From an uncultured Methanoregulaceae archaeon (GTDB lineage Archaea > Halobacteriota > Methanomicrobia > Methanomicrobiales > Methanospirillaceae), in assembly GCA_963717525.1 (NCBI GenBank), contig OY970343.1, positions 1,696,001 to 1,760,000 on the forward strand: a stretch of 64,000 nt of DNA, read 5' to 3'. The notes beneath the pieces were generated by a model, which made no database searches, had not been told where the DNA came from, and saw nothing but the letters and a program-made list of their open reading frames with translations. The first letter of the stretch is position 1, and each line of letters begins with the position of its first letter. The translations under genes were made by a program, and so were the position numbers. Of the stretch, positions 20,856-30,216 are shown piece after piece.

Positions 20856-21257
20856 AACCCCTGTCTTTCCTGATACCGGGGCTGTATTTTCATCTTCTTA
20901 ATCTCCGTCGCACTGCTGCATGCAGCGCCAGCATCGCCGGCAGGGAAGCGAACGAGGGGTTAAACCTGATGCCGGGGTAAAACGGGGCTCCTGGCCCACA
21001 GGACCGGCAAACGTGTCCAGGGACCCGTTCCATACGGCCTTTGCCATACCGGGGCTGTCACCGGCGGGAATACCAGCATGCCGCAGGGTACGGGTATCCG
21101 GGAGCCCGGCTAGTGCAGCCAACACATCACCGCTCCACTCCGTGATCTCTCCCGCAATGACTATTTTTATGTAATTATATTTTTTTCCCATATTCCCGGA
21201 AAAGATATTTATTGATCTGAAAAGAATAGGAAAACGTACATCCGGTCACTCATCGTT

Positions 21258-22343
21258 ATGGGATTCATATTTTTGGGGAAGAAGACGTCTTCCCTTAACC
21301 TGGAAAATGCTCTCAAGGAATCCGAACTGAAATACCGTCGCCTTTTTGAAACTGCACAGGATGCCATTCTCATCCTCGATGGAGACTCCGGTGAAGTCAC
21401 GGATGCAAATACCTTCATTCTTGACCTGCTGGGGTATCCACGGGAGTATTTTGTCGGTAAACATCTCTGGGAACTCGGATTTATCAAGGACCAATCCCTT
21501 GCCCAACATGCATTCACCGAGCTGAAAACCAAGGGGTATATCCGGTACGAAGATCTGCCCCTGCAAAAAAAAGACGGGCAGGGCATGGACGTTGAGTTTA
21601 TCAGCAATGTCTACCTTGTGGGCGATAAGAAAATTATACAATGCAACATCCGGGATATCACGGAGCGCAGGCACATTGAAAATACACTCGCTCTTGCCAG
21701 CAGGAAGCTGAACCTGCTTTCCGGTATTACCCGGCACGACATCAACAACGAGATAACCGTGCTTTTGGGGAATCTCGAATTCCTTGAAAAAGAGTGCCCT
21801 GATCCGTCACAAAATGAATATATCCACAAGGCTTCAGCTGCTGCGTATCGCATTTTATCCATAATCCGTTCTGCCAAGGAATATGAATCACTGGGTATTA
21901 ACGAAGCAGCCTGGCAGAACTGTCGTACGCTTGTCGATACTGCGGCAAAACAAATCCTGCTGGGAAAGGTTATGGTGAAAAACGATCTCCCCGAAGATTC
22001 AGAAGTTTTTGCCGACCCGCTCATTGTCAGGGTCTTTTACAACCTGATGGATAATGCAGTGAAGTATGGCGGGAAGATCACGACCATCCGTTTCTCTCTG
22101 GAAGATCGTGATGATGTCCATGTCATCAGGTGCGAAGATGACGGCGTGGGGGTATCGCCGGAAGAGAAAGAGCAGATCTTCAAGCGTGGATTCGGGAAAC
22201 ATACCGGGCTTGGTTTAACCATTTCGCGTGAGATCCTTGATATTACGGGTATTACGATACAGGAGAATGGCAGATTCGGTGCCGGCGCACGCTTTGAGAT
22301 GACCGTCCCGAAAACGGCATACCGGCTGGCAGGTAATGGCTGA
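21258..22343 (+). CDS. PAS-domain sensor histidine kinase
   Basis: YRRLFETAQD PAS, ITRHDI, NLMDNA, DDGVG, GLGL. Confidence 0.92.
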   Translation: MGFIFLGKKTSSLNLENALKESELKYRRLFETAQDAILILDGDSGEVTDANTFILDLLGYPREYFVGKHLWELGFIKDQSLAQHAFTELKTKGYIRYEDLPLQKKDGQGMDVEFISNVYLVGDKKIIQCNIRDITERRHIENTLALASRKLNLLSGITRHDINNEITVLLGNLEFLEKECPDPSQNEYIHKASAAAYRILSIIRSAKEYESLGINEAAWQNCRTLVDTAAKQILLGKVMVKNDLPEDSEVFADPLIVRVFYNLMDNAVKYGGKITTIRFSLEDRDDVHVIRCEDDGVGVSPEEKEQIFKRGFGKHTGLGLTISREILDITGITIQENGRFGAGARFEMTVPKTAYRLAGNG

Positions 22344-22484
22344 TCTTTTTTCACAAAGGTAACGCCAAAGATTCTGGCGGACTTAAGATAACAGAACCAC
22401 CAGTGCAGACGTGCTGAGAGCGAGAATTTGGCTTTTTTAAAAGGAACGCAGGGTGGCAAAAGTGGAGTGGATCGATGAGGAGGG

Positions 22485-22563
22485 GGTTCTGTTGCACCCG
22501 CTGTTGACAGGTAAATTTATCCGAAGTGAAAAATCCGCTACCCACCGCAGATGCAACAGCACC
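22485..22563. repeat. 79-bp inverted-repeat element, copy E (core reversed relative to A/C)
   Basis: ggttctgttgca...ccgcagatgcaacagcacc; reverse complement is 57/79 identical to copy C. Confidence 0.85.
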
Positions 22564-22613
22564 CCCTGGAATAAGGAGATTCATATGGCATGCGTGGATA
22601 TTGTTGATATGTC

Positions 22614-23270
22614 GTGCTTCCGATCATTGCAGCTATGCTGCCTCTTACCAGCCTCTCCACCCCGGGCCCGCTCCTGCAGTACGGGATATGGGTATACCTG
22701 CTGGTCTTCATCGTCATAACGCTCGCTTCAACTATCGTCGGCGGACTGATTCCCGACAACACGTTCCTGTTCCTTACCGGGGCGGTAGCCATTGGCAATG
22801 GGTTATCTATACTGTGGCTGTTCGTCATAGCGGTCGGTGGCGGGTTTGCGGGCTATGAGATCAACTACTGGAGCGGGAGGATTTTCGGGCTGGCCATCTG
22901 CCGGGGGATATGCCCGACAGTCCTCAACAACAGCAATGTCCAAAAGGCCCTCAATGTGATGGACCGGTTCGGTCTGGCCACTATGGTCTTTTCCCGATTT
23001 ATGCCAGTCCTGAACCTGCCATCATTTATCGCGGGAGTGAACGTGATGGAGTACCGCAGGTACTTTGGGTTTAATCTCATCAGTTCGATACTCTGGTGTG
23101 GGTCTCTCCTGATGCTTGGGTATTATATCGGGAGCATATCATTTGTAAGCGATTTCCTCAACAACCTCATGGACCTTTTCCTAGTCATCCTGGTAGTGGC
23201 GATAATCATCGCGATAGTTATGTTTGCCCGTGATTACGTGAAACGAAAAGGCAGCTGTTCTCCTGAATAA
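22614..23270 (+). CDS. DedA family membrane protein (divergent)
   Basis: IPDNTFLFLTGA, INYWSGR, SRFMP, AG..M.Y.RY...N. Confidence 0.85.
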   Translation: MLPIIAAMLPLTSLSTPGPLLQYGIWVYLLVFIVITLASTIVGGLIPDNTFLFLTGAVAIGNGLSILWLFVIAVGGGFAGYEINYWSGRIFGLAICRGICPTVLNNSNVQKALNVMDRFGLATMVFSRFMPVLNLPSFIAGVNVMEYRRYFGFNLISSILWCGSLLMLGYYIGSISFVSDFLNNLMDLFLVILVVAIIIAIVMFARDYVKRKGSCSPE

Positions 23271-23281
23271 AAAAAGTCCGG

Positions 23282-23360
23282 TGTTCTGGTGCATTGGCGG
23301 GTGGTGACGACTTTTTCACCTCATTAAAATAATCAGGTAAACCTTCAATGTAACAGCACC
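23282..23360. repeat. 79-bp inverted-repeat element, copy F
   Basis: tgttctggtgcattggcgggtgg...tttttcacctcattaaaata...aatgtaacagcacc; directly abuts the usp stop codon. Confidence 0.8.
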
Positions 23361-23798
23361 TTATTTGCTTTTCACCACGAGAACCATACATTCCGCCGTC
23401 CGTATAATGCTCTCGGCGACACTGCCCAAAAGCAGTCTTTCGAGGCCGCTCTTCCCCTGCGAGCCGACAACGATCAGGTCGACCTTGTTTTTTACGGCAA
23501 ACTTAGTGATTGCATGCGCAGGTCTGCCAGACAGAATGAAGGTCTCTAATTTTACCCCGTCTGCGATTTTTTTCACCTGTTCAATGGCCTTTTCTCCCTC
23601 GTCCTTTAATTTCAGATAAACCTCATCCGTCAGTACCTCCACCTGCGAAGATGTAAAAGGCGTTTCGTCGATTACATAGACGACATAGGTTGTAGATCCA
23701 AGTTCACGGGCCAGCTCTAAGCCTTTCTTCACGACAGGCTGGTTTTTCACCGATCCATCCGTTGTTATCAGAATTTTCTCAAATATCTTCGTCATCAT
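23361..23798 (-). CDS. Universal stress protein
   Basis: KILITTDGS, DLIVVGSQG, LLGSVAE, VLVVK. Confidence 0.95.
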   Translation of the reverse strand: MMTKIFEKILITTDGSVKNQPVVKKGLELARELGSTTYVVYVIDETPFTSSQVEVLTDEVYLKLKDEGEKAIEQVKKIADGVKLETFILSGRPAHAITKFAVKNKVDLIVVGSQGKSGLERLLLGSVAESIIRTAECMVLVVKSK

Positions 23799-23830
23799 TT
23801 CACCCTTTACCCTTCCGGGAATAAACCTTC

Positions 23831-25607
23831 TCATTCAGACATATCATAATAAGATTCACTTTCCGGCTCCGGTGTTTCTGCCGGATTTTCGGACTTCTTT
23901 TCATCGGTTTCGTACACATACCTCGATCCCCGCAGTGCGCATAACACTGCTGCAACAAAACAGATTGCTGCACCGATATAGAAGGAGATCCTGAGGGAAG
24001 GCATGAATGCCTGCGCAAGGGTGACCGGGAACCATGTTATGCCGGTCAGTGTTGTTATCGTTGCCGGGCTCAATGCAGCAACGACAGACTGTGGTACCGC
24101 AGCGAGGATGACGCGAACCGGATTATACCCCAGAAATGCTGCAAACAACGAACCCGTCGGGGGGAGGGCACTCATAGGTGCAATGAGACCTGGTGCCCCG
24201 GCACTCGTAAGTGATACAGCGAGAACGGGTGGAAAGGTCTGGGTCAGGCTGACGAGGATAATAGTAAAAAACATTCCCATGGAGATGACCATGCCGCTGT
24301 TTTGCAGCATTGTCCTCATTCCTGATGCAACACCCCTGTCTTCACTGGGCACTGCATTCATAATGGCCGCAATGTTCGGTGCCCCGAACATGCCATTCCC
24401 AAGCCCCATGATCAGGAGTGCAATCGCGAAGATCCAATAATCAAAGTTATATGGCAACACCGCAAGCATCAGGAAAGAAACGGCGGTTAAGACCATCCCA
24501 CCCGTCGCGAACAACCGGGACCCGTATTTATCAGAGAGCCAGCCGGAAAGGGGCCCCATGATCAGAAATCCGGCGGTGAGCGGCAGCATAAACACGCCGG
24601 CCCAGAAGGGTGTTGACTCGTAACTATAACCTTGGAGCGGCAGCCAGATGCCCTGAAGAAGGAGGATCAGCATGAACATCATCCCGCCCCGGGCAATTGC
24701 GCTCAGGAATCCGGCGATATTTGCAAGGGAGAAAATACGGTTCCTGAAAAGGCTTAATTTAAACATCGGGTCCTCGACACGGTTCTCGATAAACGGGAAT
24801 GCAACCAGTAAAATGACGCCGGCGACTATCGAAGCGATGACCCATGGACTGCCCCATCCCATCGGGTCGTTCCCGAAGGGAAGCAGTCCGTACGTGATCC
24901 CGATCAACAAGAGGGTCAGGCCGGCAAAGAACGTGAGGTTCCCCCATATATCGATCTTCCGGGCCCGTCTGGGTAACGGGGACTCTTTGAGTTTCAGGTA
25001 TGCCCATATCGTCCCAAGAATCCCGACCGGCACGCTGACGAGAAATACGTACCGCCAGTTGTAGAACGCAAGAATTCCTCCAAGGATAAGACCAATGAAC
25101 TGGCCCGACAGGAATGCAATCTGGTTGAGACCCAGCGCCTTGCCCCGTTCATTGGGAGGGAATGCATCGGTGAGAATTGCGGCGCTGTTCGAGAAGGTAA
25201 ACGAAGCCCCTACGGCCTGGACGAGGCGGAAGACGATAATCTCGATGGCACCGGTGTCACCGGTGCCGGGCGTGAGAAAAAGCAGGATGGATCCGAAGGT
25301 GAAAATCGCAAAGCCGATATTGTAGAGTTTCACCCGGCCGTACATGTCCGAGAGCCGGCCGCAGGAAAGGAGCAGGGTCGCGGTGACGAGGCTGTATCCC
25401 ATCAGCACCCAGATCAGGGTACTGGAACGAGGTGAACGGATCGATATTGATTCCGTTGAATATCGCAGGGAGCGAGATGAGGGTAATGCTGCCGTTCACG
25501 GATACCATGAACATCTCGATGGTCGTAATCGAGAGTACGATCCACTTGTAGTCGATGCCCTTTTTTACAGACCCTGTTCCAATGCCTGTAGGTTCGCTGT
25601 TTTCCAT
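23831..25607 (-). CDS. MFS transporter, DHA2/EmrB-like 14-TM (frameshift near 25420)
   Basis: [27 protein letters not shown]-terminus in ORF 25257..25607. Confidence 0.9.
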
Positions 25608-25872
25608 GAGATCGGGCTACCCCCGGAGTTATACGGGCATTCTCCTGAACCTATAATTTACAGGATAAGATCTTTTCAGACAATAATGTTTTTCAGAATT
25701 CCTGCAGAAGATCGATTGCATGACTCCATCAAGGTTGACTATTCAAACGTCACGCAGACGCGTCAGTGCCTAATCATATCGCAACCGGTTTGGTATGAGG
25801 CCGGCCATAATAGATCGTATCTCAATTTCCCCAATCCGTACATTTATACGATCATGGATGAGAATGGCTTCC

Positions 25873-26288
25873 ATGCCACTCAAAGAGCAGATCATGGAAG
25901 TCATCAGTGGTCCCCATGTTGCAGCGGTTGCAACACTGGACGGCAAGCTCCCGGCGGTCCGATTCATGGTGCTTGCCCGGCCTACCAGACATGACCCTTG
26001 TCGGGGCAACGATGAAATCCTCGAAAAAGGTCGAACAGCTGAAGAAAAACCCTGACACGGCTCTTGCCATCTGGTCGGGAAAGGAATATTCCGACCCATA
26101 TGTCGAGATCAGGGCAAAGGGCAAGGTCCACGAAGATATTGCCACGAAGAAAAAGTACCTGGAACCCGATGCTCGAACAGCACTTCAAAACGCCGGAGAA
26201 TCCGGATTTTGTCGTGATCGTGTTCACCGCAGGCGAGATTGCGTATCACGGGAAGAATATGTCAAGCATGGAGATCTGGAAACGCTAA
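25873..26288 (+). CDS. PNPOx-like / general stress protein 26 family (two frameshifts)
   Basis: VATLDGKLPAVRFM, SKKVEQLKKNP, W...HFKTPENPDFVVI pieces spread over three frames. Confidence 0.75.
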
Positions 26289-26398
26289 AAAAGATTCCGG
26301 TTTTGCCGGCAGGAAGTGCATCGTTGGCGGAATGCCTGTTCCTCCCGGACTTTCCCAAAAGGGAAACCACCTCTTTTTAGGTACTCTTCGGGAAGGTA

Positions 26399-27376
26399 TC
26401 AGAGTCGCAGGAGGCGTTCCGCGTTTCCGTGCGCTATCCTGTTCTTATCCGCACGGCTCACCGGGAGGTTTTCGAGGAAGGTGCGTGCTTCCGCCATGGA
26501 ACTGTACGGGTAGTCGGCAGAGAACAGGATCCGGTCGGCCCCGACCTGAAGATACAGGTTGAGGAAGGTCTGGATAAAGTTGAAACCGCTGAACGAATAG
26601 TCCACATTCTCCCGGAGGTAGTCTGCGACAGGATGCTCAAGCTTCGTAACGTTCGTGGACAGACCTTTGTCGAGCCGGGGCATCATGAAAGGAAGAGCCT
26701 CCCCCATGTGGCCGATCACGATCTGGAGATCCGGGAACTGGTCGAACGCTCCACCGAGGATGAGGCGGAGGACATGGACTGCAGTCTCGATATGCCAGCC
26801 CCACCCGTGCCGGGAGAACCCGTTTACTACCTCGGGTGAGAAGCCTGAATAGTACGCCTCAATCACCGGCGCCGGTGGTGGTGTCGGGTGGATGCAGAGG
26901 GGAACTTTGAGCGCATCGGCACGCTCTAAGATCGGCCAGAAGAATTTGTCATCGAGGTAGCAGCCCCGGGTGTGTCCGTTGATCCATCCTCCTTTGAAGC
27001 CATGTTCTTTGACCATACGTTCCAGCTCATCAGCAGCAATGTCGGGAGCGGCGGTTGGCAGTGTGGCAAATCCGGCGAACCGCCGGGGATACCGCCGTAC
27101 CGCCTCCGCAAGATAGTCATTCGCTTCGCGGGCCAGTTTTACGGCCCCGGCCGCGTCGAGTTGCTGCACCGAGGGGTCGGTCAGCGACAATACCTGCACG
27201 TCGATACCTGCGGCATCCATTTCAGCGATTCTCTTCTCACCGAGATCCAGCAAATCTTCGGCCATACTCCCGGAACCGATGCGACCTGTCATCCTTGGCT
27301 GGTCTTTGAGTCTTTGTCCCGGGCCGTCCAGAAATGCAGGGCTCGCATAGTGCTCTTCAAGGGTGATCGTCCGCGT
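26399..27376 (-). CDS. Amidohydrolase-2 family metal-dependent decarboxylase/hydrolase
   Basis: In-frame upstream RTITLEEHY; MDAAGIDVQVLS, IHP, GHMGE, FSADYPY, GNAERLL; expected start codon reads ACG. Confidence 0.88.
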   Translation of the reverse strand, partial: TRTITLEEHYASPAFLDGPGQRLKDQPRMTGRIGSGSMAEDLLDLGEKRIAEMDAAGIDVQVLSLTDPSVQQLDAAGAVKLAREANDYLAEAVRRYPRRFAGFATLPTAAPDIAADELERMVKEHGFKGGWINGHTRGCYLDDKFFWPILERADALKVPLCIHPTPPPAPVIEAYYSGFSPEVVNGFSRHGWGWHIETAVHVLRLILGGAFDQFPDLQIVIGHMGEALPFMMPRLDKGLSTNVTKLEHPVADYLRENVDYSFSGFNFIQTFLNLYLQVGADRILFSADYPYSSMAEARTFLENLPVSRADKNRIAHGNAERLLRL

Positions 27377-27503
27377 GATTTCGCGATCTCCGGGGTGAGA
27401 TAATGGTACAGGGGGCCTTCCTTGCCATAATCCACATTCAGAGGCATGTCCTAAAATAAATTCTCATAGATCATAATTCAGGTAAAAAGGGAACGTGAGG
27501 ATC

Positions 27504-28172
27504 ATGAAACTCAATTTTGAAAAAGCAGTTTCCTATATTGATACCTTATATGAAAATGATGAAGCGTTCAAAAAAAAGTATGTTGAATCCACTGGCCTGA
27601 AAAACTTCGGAACCGTAGTGGATAGCGACGTTTCAAGAATGATGCAGATAGTGATACATCTGGTACGACCGCAAAAAATCTTAGAAATCGGGACAAGTAT
27701 CGGCTATTCAACAGTATCAATGGCAAAAGTTGCTCAGGGATACGGCGGCACAATTACCACGATTGAGTACGATGAGCAGTCAGCACAGCAGGCAATAAAA
27801 AATTTCAGGTATAGCGGTGTTGCCGAATGTATCGAGGTAATAATCGGGGATGCAAAGGAAATAATTCCGACTCTCGACGAAAGGTATGATTTGATATTCC
27901 AGGATGTCGGGGATAAAACCCTGTATCCTGTTTTGTTTGACCGTTTGGTTGCCCTGCTGAAACCCGGTGGCGTGTTCATGGCTGAAGATTCCCTTTTTCC
28001 GGTTATGGACGCGGATATATCCAAACCCGCAGACGTTGATCGAATGAAAAGGATGAAAAGATCCTTTGAATCACTTGAAGAATTCAACAGGATGGTTGCT
28101 CATAATCCCTGTTTAAGGAGCACAATACTTCCTATCGGCGACGGGTTAACTATCGGCATAAAAACAGGTTAA
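27504..28172 (+). CDS. SAM-dependent O-methyltransferase
   Basis: ILEIGTSIGYST, DLIFQD, LKPGG, PIGDG. Confidence 0.92.
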   Translation: MKLNFEKAVSYIDTLYENDEAFKKKYVESTGLKNFGTVVDSDVSRMMQIVIHLVRPQKILEIGTSIGYSTVSMAKVAQGYGGTITTIEYDEQSAQQAIKNFRYSGVAECIEVIIGDAKEIIPTLDERYDLIFQDVGDKTLYPVLFDRLVALLKPGGVFMAEDSLFPVMDADISKPADVDRMKRMKRSFESLEEFNRMVAHNPCLRSTILPIGDGLTIGIKTG

Positions 28173-28183
28173 TATGAGGGGAG

Positions 28184-28262
28184 CCTGCTGAGGCGTTTAT
28201 GGTTGGCAACCAGTAATTCAGCTCGTTAAAATATTCACATCAAAAGTGAACGCACCAGCACC
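28184..28262. repeat. 79-bp element, degenerate copy G
   Basis: cctgctgaggcgtttatggttgg...ttaaaata...aacgcaccagcacc in the same 79-bp register. Confidence 0.7.
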
Positions 28263-28285
28263 TTTGGGAATGGCTGCTCCTTGGA

Positions 28286-28885
28286 TTACCGGGACAATTC
28301 CTTTTTCATCCTTGCATGGACCTCTTCAAGGTTCAGCGGGTTGAGCGGTTTACAGAGGATCTCATGGACCCGGAGGTTTTTCAGGTGCTGCGAGGATGCG
28401 GCCTGCATGACCAGTGCCGTATCCGATCCTCTTCCTGTGCCGGCGATGGCAATGATCTTCTCACCGCTCTTTACGTGACCGCCATCTGTCGCCATGAGCA
28501 CAATTTCAAAACAGACCTTGAACCCCTGGCAGAAGCAGCGCAGCAGGTTTGCCATCACGACAGGTGTTGTCGATTCATAGAGGTCGGTGGTGTGAAAAAG
28601 CATCGTGCCAAAATGAACCACATGTCCCGCTTCCCTCAATGTCTTTGCCAGATTCTCGGGAAACGCATTGATCTCGCGGTGAAAGTCCCATTGATGAGGA
28701 ATAACGATCAGCTGTATACCGTCGTTTTTGAAATACTCCATTGCTTTCTTCGCAGTAGCACCGCTCGTAGACGCGATCACTATCTTCCTGATTTCGAGCT
28801 GATGAGCACGTTCGCGTGCTAACCGAAACGTGATGTCCGTGTTCTCCGGATCGAGTGTTTCAAAATATGTTACCAGATGTTCCAT
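28286..28885 (-). CDS. MTH1675-like pyruvate-kinase C-terminal-domain protein
   Basis: IVIASTSGATA, LRCFCQGFKVCFEI..MATD, IAGTGRGSDTA. Confidence 0.85.
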   Translation of the reverse strand: MEHLVTYFETLDPENTDITFRLARERAHQLEIRKIVIASTSGATAKKAMEYFKNDGIQLIVIPHQWDFHREINAFPENLAKTLREAGHVVHFGTMLFHTTDLYESTTPVVMANLLRCFCQGFKVCFEIVLMATDGGHVKSGEKIIAIAGTGRGSDTALVMQAASSQHLKNLRVHEILCKPLNPLNLEEVHARMKKELSR

Positions 28886-29102
28886 GATCGGAACTATGGC
28901 AGGAGTTGTTGATAAGGTGTTTGATCTGGCAAAATACCAAAAGTCAGGGCCAGGGTGGGACGTCGGGAAACTTCTGCAGGTTTCTCCGTTTGTGAAAATG
29001 TATAATTCACCTGATTTCTCTGTGAGGTCCCGTCAACCTGTCGGAACCCTCCAAAGATACCTTTAAACTCCGCCTGTGCAAACATCAGCGAAGAGGGAAA
29101 TC

Positions 29103-29663
29103 ATGGACAAAATCACGCTCGGCCCGATGCCGTATATGAGTGTCATGCCCACGGTGCTCGTGGGAGCAAACGTGAACGGAAAAGCAAACTATATGACCGC
29201 CGGGGCAGCAACGGTCGCCTGCGTGGCTCCACCGATGGTCTGCGTTGCGCTCAACAAGGCCCGGTACACGGTTAAGGGAATCGGGGAGAACAAGACGTTC
29301 AGCCTGAATATACCGTCCGCAAGACTGGTAGTCGAGGCCGACCACTGCGGTATTGTATCAGGGGCGCAGGAGGACAAGTCCGGGGTCTTCAAATCATTCT
29401 ACGGCACACTGAAGACCGCTCCCATGGCAGAGGAATGCCCGGTCAATATCGAGTGCAAACTCTTCAAAGCCGTTGACTGCGGGAGCCACCTGCTGCATAT
29501 TGGCGAGGTTATCGGGGTCTACGCTGACAAGGGTTGCATAACTGACGGAAAACCGGATGTCACGAAGGTAAACCCGATCGTACTCGCCCAGGCCACCTAT
29601 TTCAATATCGGAAAAAACGTTGAAAAGGCGTTCTCGGCCGGAAAGAAATACCGGAAAAAGTAA
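29103..29663 (+). CDS. Flavoredoxin / flavin reductase family protein
   Basis: PTVLVGANVNGKANYM, FSLNIPS, CGIVSG..DKS, ECPVNIEC, IGEV. Confidence 0.92.
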   Translation: MDKITLGPMPYMSVMPTVLVGANVNGKANYMTAGAATVACVAPPMVCVALNKARYTVKGIGENKTFSLNIPSARLVVEADHCGIVSGAQEDKSGVFKSFYGTLKTAPMAEECPVNIECKLFKAVDCGSHLLHIGEVIGVYADKGCITDGKPDVTKVNPIVLAQATYFNIGKNVEKAFSAGKKYRKK

Positions 29664-29748
29664 GAGCGGGATTATCCCCCCATTTCCGTAATCACCCCCA
29701 CCACCTGCCCTGCGACCTTGTACAGGGCTAAAACCGGAAAAGGATCAC

Positions 29749-30135
29749 TCATCCGGTAAATTCCCGGCCCGTCTCTGTCAACGAGTAATAAATCCAGTTC
29801 CCCCGGTACTCTCCTTCAATAAGTCCACTCTCTTTAAGAACCGTCAGGTGATAGGAGAGTTTCGGGCCGGAGATATGCATGAATTGGTTGATGACGCAGA
29901 CACAGAGTGGCTGGTCTTTGAGGAGGTAAAGAATGGTAAGGCGAAGAGGATCGGAGAGTGCGTGATACTTCCGGCTCTGTAAACCGAGCTCCTTTTCTTC
30001 CGGAATGTGCCGGGAGAGGGCCTCAACTCCTCCCAGATGTTCGACGGCCTCACGGCCCGCATCGGGATCAGGGGCTGCCCTCTTTCCGGGCCCGGGTTTT
30101 CGCGGGCTGCAACAGGACCACGGATAGGTTTTCAT
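29749..30135 (-). CDS. arsR: ArsR/SmtB family regulator
   Basis: ALSDPLRL.IL, LCVCVI (CxC metal site), SYHL..LK..GLI; N-terminal SCC; divergent from hgcA. Confidence 0.9.
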   Translation of the reverse strand: MKTYPWSCCSPRKPGPGKRAAPDPDAGREAVEHLGGVEALSRHIPEEKELGLQSRKYHALSDPLRLTILYLLKDQPLCVCVINQFMHISGPKLSYHLTVLKESGLIEGEYRGNWIYYSLTETGREFTG

Positions 30136-30205
30136 TTCAAAATAATATGAAATGCCAAAGTATATACGTTTCACGCCCGGATAAAATTTCAACAAAATTT
30201 GAAAT
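30133..30205. promoter_or_regulatory. Divergent promoter: two ATTTCA-N8-TGAAAT palindromes flanking a central TATA-like GTATATAC
   Basis: catttcaaaataatatgaaatg (30133-30154), gtatatac (30160-30167), atttcaacaaaatttgaaat (30186-30205). Confidence 0.7.
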
Positions 30206-30216
30206 GGATGGACTCC

